Origin: Candidatus Altiarchaeota archaeon
GTDB taxonomy: Archaea > SpSt-1190
NCBI GenBank assembly: GCA_018221005.1
Contig: JAAOXW010000015.1
Span: 1-35,940 of the forward strand
DNA: 35,940 nt
Reading direction: 5' to 3'
Shown here: in pieces, positions 8,310-15,493 of the stretch
Layout of the letters: every line of letters starts with the position of its first letter
Position numbering within the stretch: position 1 is the stretch's first letter
Translations under genes and position numbers: made by a program
Notes under the pieces: model-generated
The model's database searches: none
Told to the model about the DNA's origin: nothing
What the model saw: the letters and a program-made list of their open reading frames with translations, nothing else

Positions 8310-8942
8310 ATGGTCGAAATTAAAAAAGTAAGTTTGCCCAAATTATCGTATGACTACAATGCTCTTGAACCTGTGATTTCTGAAAAAGTAATGAAGTTGC
8401 ATCACACTAAGCACCATCAAGGTTATGTGAATGGAACTAATAGTATGCTTGGACTCCTCGAAAAACATCGCGCAGGAGATAAGTCAGTTGATCTTGGATC
8501 GATCCTGACTAAACTCAGTTTTCATATGAATGGCCACTTGATGCACAGTTTATTCTGGGAAAATATGCGGGCGCCAAGGGAAAACAATTCGCCCAGTAAG
8601 GAAGTAATAAGCAGAATGAAGCAACACTTCGGAAGTATGGAGCAATTCAAGAAGGAGTTTTCAGAGGCTGCAAAAGGTGTGGAAGGCAGTGGATGGGCAG
8701 TACTGGCAGTAAGGGATAAACTACCCCTGGTAATGCAAGTTCGCAACCACCAATTAATGCATATTGTAGGTGCAAAACCCCTATTGGTGCTGGATGTCTG
8801 GGAACACGCATACTACCTTGACTATGAAAATCGACGCGGGGACTTTGTAGACGCATTCTGGAAGCTTGTAGATTGGGATACCGTAGAAAAACGAATAAAA
8901 GAGTGTTGTTGTGGAACAGACAACGAGTGCAAGGGCCAATAA
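8310..8942 (+). CDS. sod: Fe/Mn superoxide dismutase with a Cys-rich C-terminal tail
   Basis: It carries LPKLSYDYNALEPVIS, KLHHTKHHQGYV, the His-rich FHMNGHLMHSLFW, and DVWEHAYYLDYENRR, which together give the canonical metal ligands. Confidence 0.9.
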   Translation: MVEIKKVSLPKLSYDYNALEPVISEKVMKLHHTKHHQGYVNGTNSMLGLLEKHRAGDKSVDLGSILTKLSFHMNGHLMHSLFWENMRAPRENNSPSKEVISRMKQHFGSMEQFKKEFSEAAKGVEGSGWAVLAVRDKLPLVMQVRNHQLMHIVGAKPLLVLDVWEHAYYLDYENRRGDFVDAFWKLVDWDTVEKRIKECCCGTDNECKGQ

Positions 8943-8996
8943 ACTCTCAAAATCAAATTCCGGAAGGTATTTCTACTTTATTTACACTTAAGTTAT

Positions 8997-10358
8997 ATGG
9001 CGAAAAAAACGCACAGAGTTCTGTTATACTTGATGGTTGGGATTTTGCTCTACTCTCCCGGATGGGCCAGATTAACCATAATTGACGATTCGACAGGGGG
9101 GGACTGTCAACTGATTGGTAGTTGGAATAACAACACCAGTACCTGTACACTTAATGTGGATGTAACGGACGAAGTGCGAATCAACAGTAATGGAATTACA
9201 CTTGATGGCAATGGTCACAGTGTATCCGGAAGTGACGTTGGGGTTTTCGCAAGTGGGGTAGCACACATTGCGATAAGAAATTTCAGAATTTCAAATGTAA
9301 GCTATGGAATAAAACTCAGTGCAATAAGCTACAGCGACATACGGGGGAACATAATTATTGACGCGAGTGAAGAGGGAATTTACCTAAATGCACACAACAG
9401 CAACTTTACAGGAAACACGATTGTGAATACGGGTATTGGTATGAGTCTCAGTAGTTCGCGCCACAACTACATAGCGGGAAACAGTATTTCTGACAGTGAC
9501 TTTGCGATATACTTCTTCTTTTCAGACTTCAATAAAGTATATCAAAATGTTATCCGTAATAATGGGGAGGGGCTGTATCTAAACAGTGCCTCGGATAATT
9601 CAATATACAATAATAATTTTGTGAATAATGTTAACCAAAGTACCTACACAGGTTTTGCGAGCAATACCTATAATATGGCAGCCCCCATTGGAGGCAATTA
9701 CTGGAGTGACTGGACATCACCCGATTCAGATGGAGATGGTTTTGTTGACAGTGCCTATGTTTTTTCTGGAGGTCGAGATGAGCTACCCTGGACTATGATT
9801 GATGGGTGGGCACCCCCAGTGGCTGTAGATGCGGACGGGGATGGTTATGATGAATTGGATGATTGTGACGACAGTAATCCAGAAGTTAACCCAAGTGCAG
9901 AGGAAATTTGCGATAGTATTGACAACAACTGCGATGGGGTACTTGACCAAGTAGATAGTGACGGTGACGGAGTTAGTGATTGTTCCGTTGATAAGTGTCT
10001 TGGAACTGAAGATGAAGGCGCAGGGTGGAGGCGCTTACTTCCACGACACTATGCTGATGTTGACAATGACGGAATTTTTGAAACTCGGAAAGGTTGGAGA
10101 ACGCCCGCAACAGACAGTGATTATACTTTAGAGGACACATTAGGTTGCAACTGTGAACAAATATTAGAGCACTTCTCCGTGGGAAATAGATTTATGGCAG
10201 CCTTTGGATGCCCAAGGGGCGTAATGAGAACCTGGATTGCACAGAGCGGGTGGGCTAAAAGATACACGACCCTTCGAACAAGGGGTGGATTTGTGAAATT
10301 GAGTATGCCTTCTGAAATGTTTGGACTCACCCCACTTCTGTCAGGAATCCTTGAATGA
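8997..10358 (+). CDS. secreted NosD-like parallel beta-helix protein with a MopE-like Cys/Asp repeat (paralog 1)
   Basis: It has a signal-like N-terminus and ITLDGNGHSVSG, followed by repeated about 22-aa N/G/I-rich PbH1-type turns. GGNYWSDWTSPDSDGDGFVDSAYVFSGGRDELPW follows. Next comes DADGDGYDELDDCDDSNPEVNPSAEEICDSIDNNCDG, a putative metal-binding motif of the MopE type. The C-terminal 110 aa are shared with 10543-12006. Confidence 0.75.
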   Translation: MAKKTHRVLLYLMVGILLYSPGWARLTIIDDSTGGDCQLIGSWNNNTSTCTLNVDVTDEVRINSNGITLDGNGHSVSGSDVGVFASGVAHIAIRNFRISNVSYGIKLSAISYSDIRGNIIIDASEEGIYLNAHNSNFTGNTIVNTGIGMSLSSSRHNYIAGNSISDSDFAIYFFFSDFNKVYQNVIRNNGEGLYLNSASDNSIYNNNFVNNVNQSTYTGFASNTYNMAAPIGGNYWSDWTSPDSDGDGFVDSAYVFSGGRDELPWTMIDGWAPPVAVDADGDGYDELDDCDDSNPEVNPSAEEICDSIDNNCDGVLDQVDSDGDGVSDCSVDKCLGTEDEGAGWRRLLPRHYADVDNDGIFETRKGWRTPATDSDYTLEDTLGCNCEQILEHFSVGNRFMAAFGCPRGVMRTWIAQSGWAKRYTTLRTRGGFVKLSMPSEMFGLTPLLSGILE

Positions 10359-10370
10359 GGGGGCGCTTCC

Positions 10371-10514
10371 ATGGTTTTTACCTGTGAAGAGTGCGGGCTC
10401 AAATACAAGGAAAAGGCCCTTGCAGGGCGGTGTGTCGCTTGGTGTAAAGAGCACAAGTCCTGCAATCTAGAAATCATTAAGCACGCCATCCCTCAAAAAG
10501 GCACCAACTTCTAA
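10371..10514 (+). CDS. 47-aa Cys/His-rich small protein (zinc-ribbon-like), not in the supplied track
   Basis: Hand translation gives ATG 10371 to TAA 10512-10514: MVFTCEECGLKYKEKALAGRCVAWCKEHKSCNLEITKHAIPQKGTNF-like sequence (exactly MVFTCEECGLKYKEKALAGRCVAWCKEHKSCNLEIIKHAIPQKGTNF). It contains CxxC, C-x3-C and H-x2-C. It fills the otherwise empty 184-bp gap between the two beta-helix genes on the same strand. Confidence 0.5.
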   Translation: MVFTCEECGLKYKEKALAGRCVAWCKEHKSCNLEIIKHAIPQKGTNF

Positions 10515-10542
10515 AGTCGGGGAAACGCATTTATGTTACTTC

Positions 10543-12006
10543 TTGTCTGATTGTATGGTGGATGTAACTTCAAAAATAATGGCGTTTCTTTTCGTTGGAC
10601 TTTTATTCTCAGTTCCTGCATGGGCAGCTTATTCTATTGTAGATGACGTAACGGGGGGAGCTTGCACAACTATTGGTACGTGGAATGCGGGAACCAAGAC
10701 GTGCACGCTCAACACAGATGTAACAGAACAAATTCAAATTGGTAGTAGTGGCATTGTACTTGATGGAAATGGTCACAGTGTGACTGGAAGCTCAGCTGGG
10801 GTGTCTGCAAGCAGAGTAACAGGTATTGTTGTGAAAAATCTCAAAGTCAGTGGCGCAACCAATGGAATTTTTCTAAATGGGAATTACAATAATATTACTG
10901 GGAATGAAATCGTAAATTGTGGTACGGGAATTAGTCTTAGTTCTGCAAACGACAATTTAATTTTTGAGAATAATGTTTCAAGCAATAACTACGGTATCTA
11001 TTTTTGGTCTTCTTCATTTAACCGAGTATACCGCAACACACTTGCAAGCAACACCTATGGGCTTTACTTGAATGGTGCTGCAGATAATGTAGTTTACAAT
11101 AATGATTTCTTAGGAAATACCAATCAAATTATTTACAGTGGTTATGCCAGCAATACCTATAACTTGGCTGCACCCGTTGGGGGAAATTATTTTAGTGACT
11201 GGAATTCTCCAGATACTGACGCTAACGGCTTTGTGGATTCGCCCTACACGTTTTCGGGCGGACTAGACAATTTACCATGGGCAACAATGACAGGATGGGA
11301 TTCTGCACCAGTAGATGCAGACGAGGACGGTTATGATGAAACGGTGGATTGTAACGACAATAATTCAACCATAAACCCAAATGCAACTGAAACTTGTGAT
11401 GGAATAGACAACAACTGTGATGGGAAGGTGGACGGAATTGATGCGGACGAAGACAGTTATACGGGAATTTGTGGGGATTGTAATGATACTAATTCAACCA
11501 TCAACCCAGGTGCAACTGAAAGTTGTGATGGAGTAGACAATGATTGTGATGGAACTGTGGATGAAGAGTGTGATGAGTGTAGTGATGATGAAGATGGCGA
11601 CGGCATTAATAATTGTGAAGACAAGTGCCCCGGAACTGAAACAGAAGGCGCTGCATGGAAACGACTACTCAATAAACGCTTTGCAGATGTTGATAACGAC
11701 GGCATCTTTGAAACTCGAAAGAAAAAGAAAGCGTCCATCATTGACAGCAAGTACAGTTTTGAGGATACCTTGGGTTGCAGTTGTGAACAAATCTTAGAGT
11801 ACATGCCCGGAAAAAATAAAGGTATGATGTCCTTTGGATGCACACGGAGCATCATGAATGCTTGGACCCATAAAAAGGGGTGGGCCAAAAAGTATGACTT
11901 TGAGTGGAAGGGCAAGTTCAACAAGTGGAAAGGGGACCACAAAGAATGGAAATGGAATCACAAAGGGAACAACGGGGATTCTGAAAAGTGTGATGATGAC
12001 GAATAG
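10543..12006 (+). CDS. secreted NosD-like parallel beta-helix protein with MopE-like Cys/Asp repeats (paralog 2)
   Basis: Same architecture as 8997-10358. It has two full DADEDxY...C(N/G)D.N..INP.ATE.CDG.DN(N/D)CDG repeats plus a third partial one. The track start is TTG 10543; ATG 10555 (MVDVTSKIMAFLFVGLLFSVPAWA) gives a cleaner signal peptide. Confidence 0.75.
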   Translation: MSDCMVDVTSKIMAFLFVGLLFSVPAWAAYSIVDDVTGGACTTIGTWNAGTKTCTLNTDVTEQIQIGSSGIVLDGNGHSVTGSSAGVSASRVTGIVVKNLKVSGATNGIFLNGNYNNITGNEIVNCGTGISLSSANDNLIFENNVSSNNYGIYFWSSSFNRVYRNTLASNTYGLYLNGAADNVVYNNDFLGNTNQIIYSGYASNTYNLAAPVGGNYFSDWNSPDTDANGFVDSPYTFSGGLDNLPWATMTGWDSAPVDADEDGYDETVDCNDNNSTINPNATETCDGIDNNCDGKVDGIDADEDSYTGICGDCNDTNSTINPGATESCDGVDNDCDGTVDEECDECSDDEDGDGINNCEDKCPGTETEGAAWKRLLNKRFADVDNDGIFETRKKKKASIIDSKYSFEDTLGCSCEQILEYMPGKNKGMMSFGCTRSIMNAWTHKKGWAKKYDFEWKGKFNKWKGDHKEWKWNHKGNNGDSEKCDDDE

Positions 12007-12027
12007 ACGCACCAGAAAAGGCCCAAG

Positions 12028-12037
12028 CTTTAATATT
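12028..12037 (+). promoter_or_regulatory. TATA-like box for the parvulin gene
   Basis: ctttaatatt is centred about 24 nt upstream of the ATG at 12057. Confidence 0.45.
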
Positions 12038-12056
12038 GACACGGAATTAAGGTCCC

Positions 12057-12344
12057 ATGGGACCTAATCAAGTAAGAGCAAGCCACATCTTAGTTAGCAC
12101 AGAGGCAGAAGCTAAAGAACTCCTTGAAAAAATACAGGGAGGAGAAAATTTTGTCAACCTCGCACAGGGACGTTCAAAATGCCCATCGGGGAAGAAAGGG
12201 GGCGATTTAGGCTTTTTTAAGAGGCAACAGATGGTGCGGGAGTTTGAAAAGTTCTGTTTCACACATAAACCGGGTGAAATAGGCATTATAAAAACAGAGT
12301 TTGGCTGGCATGTACTTAAAGTTACAGACGCCAAGAAGAAGTAA
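12057..12344 (+). CDS. single-domain parvulin-type peptidyl-prolyl cis-trans isomerase
   Basis: 95 aa. RASHILV, SKCPSGKKGGDLGFF, MVREFE and EFGWHVLKV match the PpiC/Par10 rotamase pattern. Confidence 0.85.
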   Translation: MGPNQVRASHILVSTEAEAKELLEKIQGGENFVNLAQGRSKCPSGKKGGDLGFFKRQQMVREFEKFCFTHKPGEIGIIKTEFGWHVLKVTDAKKK

Positions 12345-12371
12345 TAAATAACAGGTAAACGTGGACTTTAA

Positions 12372-14006
12372 GTGGAAAAGGTCATATTAATTGCCGGGGG
12401 CGCCGGACAGGGAATTGCTAAATCAGCAGAAGTGTTAGCCAAGAGTTTTACCAGACGGGGATACTTTGTCTTCAACTATCGAGATTATCCAAGTTTAATT
12501 AGGGGGGGTCTAAATTTCAATATCTTGAAAATTGGGATTGATCCCGTTGCAAGCCATGAATGGAAAGCCGATTATGCAGTATTCCTGAGTCAACAGGCCT
12601 TTGATGAACACAAAAGTAAGAGTAAACTTTCAATTACTGATTCAAAAATTAAGGGGGGCGATTTGAAAGTTGATTTAGATACTATTGTCCAAAAGGCAGG
12701 TGCTCCAAAAATTGCAGCCAATGCCGCAATGTTGGGTGCACTCTACAAAGCAATGCAACACGACACTCAACCTTTAATGGATGCCATGGCTGACTATGGA
12801 AAGCACGCAGACATCAATCGAAAAGTTGCGTGGGAGGGTTTTCAAGCTTATGATGGCAAGATAAGTAAGTTCTCTGAACTTCAAGGTAAAGATGCTAATT
12901 ATTTTGTGAGCGGTAGCTGGGCAATTAGTATGGGTGCGATTGCATCAGGTCTAGATTTGTACATTGCATACCCAATGACACCCGCCACACCAGTTCTTCA
13001 CATTCTTGCCGAATTGGAAAATGACTTCAATTACAAAACGGTTCAATTAGAAAACGAGCTTGCAGTGGCTAATGGGGCACTTGGAGCCAGTTTTGGGGGC
13101 TCAACTGTGATGATAGGAACGAGCGGCGGTGGACTTGCACTAATGGGTGAAGCTATGAGTTTACAAGGCATGAGTGAACTTCCCCTCGTTGCATATTTAT
13201 CCATGAGAGCAGGACCAGCAACAGGTGTACCAACTTATACGGGGCAGGGAGACATTAACTTTGCATTAAATATTGGACACGGTGAATTTTCGCGAGCGGC
13301 AATTGTTCCCGGAGATGCGAGGGAAGCATATGAAAGAACAGTTGAAGCCTTTTATCTTACTAATAAATTTGGGGTGCTGAGTTTGCTAATTGGAGACAAA
13401 CACATAAGTGAAAGCAACTATACTCACGCATCACTACCAGTGCCAAGAGTAACTCCTGAAAGATTTTTGGTGGGTGCTACGGCAAATCACAAAAATTATG
13501 CAATCACCAGTGATGGTGTGAGTCCACGGGCAGTTCCCGGAAAGAAGGGGGTGCTAAGAGCAACAAGCTATGAGCATGATGAAGCGGGTATGACAGTTGA
13601 AGACGAACCAAGTATTATCAAGATGGTTGAGAAGCGGATTCGAAAGGCGAGAACTCTTGAAAAAGCGGTAAGTAAACTTGAACCAGTTACAGTTTATGGG
13701 GAAGGAAAGCACGCCATTGTTTCTTGGGGTTCAACTAAGGGTGCCATAATTGACGCCTTAAAACACCTCAAGGATGTGAAATTCGTGCAGATTTCGTACT
13801 TGAGGCCTTTCCCTGCTAAAGAAGTTGAAGCGGCACTGAAAGGGGTAAAGAGTGTAACTGCAATTGAAGTTTCAGTAACTTGTGCAATTGCAAATATGTT
13901 GCGAGAGTTTACGGGAACAGTGGTTGATCACAAAATTACTAAGTATGATACTCGTCCATTCACGAGTCATGAGATTGTTTCTAAAATGAGGAGGGTGATA
14001 AAATGA
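12372..14006 (+). CDS. 2-oxoacid:ferredoxin oxidoreductase, fused gamma-alpha subunit
   Basis: The N-terminal gamma-type domain has ILIAGGAGQGI...YPSLIRGG. The alpha domain has GSWAISMGAIASGL..YPMTPATPVLH and ENELAVANGALGASFGG. Its stop overlaps the beta gene (ATGA at 14003-14006). Confidence 0.85.
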   Translation: MEKVILIAGGAGQGIAKSAEVLAKSFTRRGYFVFNYRDYPSLIRGGLNFNILKIGIDPVASHEWKADYAVFLSQQAFDEHKSKSKLSITDSKIKGGDLKVDLDTIVQKAGAPKIAANAAMLGALYKAMQHDTQPLMDAMADYGKHADINRKVAWEGFQAYDGKISKFSELQGKDANYFVSGSWAISMGAIASGLDLYIAYPMTPATPVLHILAELENDFNYKTVQLENELAVANGALGASFGGSTVMIGTSGGGLALMGEAMSLQGMSELPLVAYLSMRAGPATGVPTYTGQGDINFALNIGHGEFSRAAIVPGDAREAYERTVEAFYLTNKFGVLSLLIGDKHISESNYTHASLPVPRVTPERFLVGATANHKNYAITSDGVSPRAVPGKKGVLRATSYEHDEAGMTVEDEPSIIKMVEKRIRKARTLEKAVSKLEPVTVYGEGKHAIVSWGSTKGAIIDALKHLKDVKFVQISYLRPFPAKEVEAALKGVKSVTAIEVSVTCAIANMLREFTGTVVDHKITKYDTRPFTSHEIVSKMRRVIK

Positions 14007-14860
14007 ACGTAACAGAACTAACAACTAAAGTTCCGAACACCTGGTGCCCCGGATGTACCAATTTTATGTTAATGGCTGGGGTGAAAAAAGCAGTTACAGA
14101 GTTAGTGAATGAAGGTGTATTCACCAAAGAACAATTCACAACTGTCGCAGGAATTGGGTGTCATGCTAAAATCTACGACTATCTAAATTTGAGTGGTTTC
14201 TACGGCTTACATGGAAGAGTTCCTCCAGTCATGGCGGGACTTAAATTGGCCAACCCAAACCTAAAGGTGCTTGGTTTCTCTGGGGACGGGGATGCCTTTG
14301 CAGAAGGAATGTCACACTTCATTCACTTCTGTCGATACAATTTAGATGCAACCTACATTATTCACAATAATCAAATTTTTGCATTGACAACAGGACAAGT
14401 TACTCCAACGACAGAGCCGGGCGCAGTAACCAAGAGCACACCTCATGGCAGTCCTTTCCGCCCAATAAACCCAATCACGCTTGCACTGGAGTCCGGTGCA
14501 ACTTTTGTAGCCCGAGAATATGCTTTGGACTTACCCAATCTTTCAGAAACCCTCAAACGGGCCATGAAACATAAGGGTGCGTCAGTTGTAGAAATTTTAC
14601 AACCCTGTATTACTTTCAAGGACGTGCGTGATTTTGTAAAAGATAAAATGTTCAGGATTGAGCCTTCAGACTTGGAAAACGCAGTAAAAACGGCAAGAGG
14701 TTGGAATTATACTAAGGACGATGCTACTCGAATTCCGGTTGGTGTTTTCTATGAAACACAATATCCAACTTTAGAGGAGAAAGTGGGTGTCAAAGTTTGG
14801 CATGAGGAGTTTCCAAAGAGGGAACACAAGGTTGAGGAGCTTTGGGCAAGGTTCAAATGA
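14003..14860 (+). CDS. 2-oxoacid:ferredoxin oxidoreductase, beta (TPP-binding) subunit
   Basis: WCPGCTNF lies near the N-terminus. GFSGDGDAFAEG plus IIHNNQIFALTTGQ form the TPP-binding motif. A T5 tract follows the stop. Confidence 0.9.
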   Translation: MNVTELTTKVPNTWCPGCTNFMLMAGVKKAVTELVNEGVFTKEQFTTVAGIGCHAKIYDYLNLSGFYGLHGRVPPVMAGLKLANPNLKVLGFSGDGDAFAEGMSHFIHFCRYNLDATYIIHNNQIFALTTGQVTPTTEPGAVTKSTPHGSPFRPINPITLALESGATFVAREYALDLPNLSETLKRAMKHKGASVVEILQPCITFKDVRDFVKDKMFRIEPSDLENAVKTARGWNYTKDDATRIPVGVFYETQYPTLEEKVGVKVWHEEFPKREHKVEELWARFK

Positions 14861-14891
14861 TTTTTAAATTAGTCCAGGGTATTAACTACGC

Positions 14892-14927
14892 GCGCTGGTG
14901 AATGCGCTGCGGCGCAAAAACCAGCGC
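14892..14927 (+). other. GC-rich nested hairpin in the OFOR-tRNA spacer
   Basis: GCGCTGGT (14892-14899) pairs with ACCAGCGC (14920-14927). Inside, TGCGC-TGCG-GCGCA forms a stem with a cUGCGg (UNCG-type) loop. A second hairpin, CAACTGA..TCAGTTG (14935-14950), abuts the tRNA 5' end. Confidence 0.5.
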
Positions 14928-14951
14928 CAAGTGTCAACTGATTTCAGTTGT

Positions 14952-15023
14952 GCGACCGTGGTGTAGTGGTTAGCATTTGAGCTTCCCAAGCTTGCGACCC
15001 GGGTTCAACTCCCGGCGGTCGCA
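14952..15023 (+). tRNA. tRNA-Gly (anticodon CCC)
   Basis: Folded by hand. The acceptor stem GCGACCG/CGGTCGC has 7 bp, the D arm is GTGT/GCAT, and the anticodon stem is TGAGC/GCTTG. The loop TTCCCAA has U33 and anticodon CCC. The T arm is CCGGG-TTCAACT-CCCGG and the discriminator is A. No CCA is encoded. Confidence 0.85.
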
Positions 15024-15099
15024 CGAGCTTTTAGAAAAAGCTCGACCAAAATTGCGATGCTCTGCAGAGCATCGCCACCATGCAAAATGTTTATTTTGC
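15024..15099 (+). other. three consecutive perfect hairpins in the tRNA-Gly trailer
   Basis: H1 is CGAGCTTTT-aga-AAAAGCTCG (15024-15044). H2 is the 22-nt perfect palindrome GCGATGCTCTGCAGAGCATCGC (15054-15075). H3 is GCAAAAT-gttt-ATTTTGC (15082-15099). Confidence 0.6.
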
Positions 15100-15118
15100 T
15101 TCAACCCCGGCGGTCGCA
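15100..15118 (+). repeat. direct duplicate of the tRNA-Gly 3' end (T-loop to discriminator)
   Basis: TTCAACCCCGGCGGTCGCA matches TTCAACTCCCGGCGGTCGCA at 15004-15023. It is identical apart from one missing T. Confidence 0.7.
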
Positions 15119-15121
15119 GAG

Positions 15122-15130
15122 GATAAATAC
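15122..15130 (+). promoter_or_regulatory. TATA-like box for the 15151 CDS
   Basis: gataaatac is centred about 25 nt upstream of the ATG at 15151. Confidence 0.4.
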
Positions 15131-15150
15131 GGGGAGTGTGGTTTTTAGAC

Positions 15151-15456
15151 ATGAGTGATTTCGTCACTTCAATTGTGAATACGCCGTATTTGATTGTGCC
15201 TGTATTCCTATGGCTCTGGCAGATGGCCAAATTCCCGAGAATTGATGCCAACAAAATGGGTGTTGGTGTTTTACTTACCTTGTCGGGATTGTTCATGTAT
15301 GGGTTGGCAAATGCCTTCGCACCTTATGCCGGAGAAGGTTGGGGCATAATGTTTGCAGGGCTCTTTAGCTTCCTCGCCATCTTGCTGGATGTTTTGGGTC
15401 TTGTGATTATTGGTGTTTTCGCAGTCGTTGAAGCCATTAATCTTTGGAAGTTCTAG
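15151..15456 (+). CDS. small three-TM membrane protein, unknown function
   Basis: The track ORF starts at GTG 15136. ATG 15151 (MSDFVTSIVNTPYLIVPVFLWLW...) fits the TATA spacing. It has three hydrophobic helices. Confidence 0.5.
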   Translation: MSDFVTSIVNTPYLIVPVFLWLWQMAKFPRIDANKMGVGVLLTLSGLFMYGLANAFAPYAGEGWGIMFAGLFSFLAILLDVLGLVIIGVFAVVEAINLWKF

Positions 15457-15493
15457 GAACCCAGAGAGTTAAACTAGCACGGGTGAATTAGAG

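Noticed and set aside
8997-12006. A diversity-generating retroelement (template/variable repeat) explanation for the paralogous beta-helix genes.
   Set aside because: There is no reverse transcriptase and no adenine-specific mismatch pattern. The divergence is spread along the whole length, as in ordinary paralogs.
12051-12064. The 14-bp perfect palindrome GGTCCCATGGGACC, centred on the parvulin start codon.
   Set aside because: It is a single short palindrome with no partner sites or adjacent repeats. It is likely chance, so I do not call it a regulatory site.
11457-12067. ORFs 11457-11942 (-), 11540-11797 (+), 11794-12042 (-) and 11858-12067 (+).
   Set aside because: They overlap the beta-helix paralog 2 coding frame, which is supported by paralogy with 8997-10358. 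They are repeat-driven shadow frames.
12068-12334. An 88-aa ORF fully antisense to the parvulin gene.
   Set aside because: The sense frame has unmistakable parvulin motifs and correct promoter spacing. The antisense frame has none.
14857-14941. A C/D-box sRNA between OFOR and tRNA-Gly (AUGAUUU … CUGA).
   Set aside because: The C-box candidate is non-canonical, there are no C'/D' boxes, and the spacing of about 80 nt is too long. The region is better explained as nested hairpins.
14970-15296. A 108-aa reverse-strand ORF.
   Set aside because: It overlaps tRNA-Gly, the hairpin cassette and the forward-strand membrane-protein gene. It has no motif and is an artefact of the GC-rich structured region.
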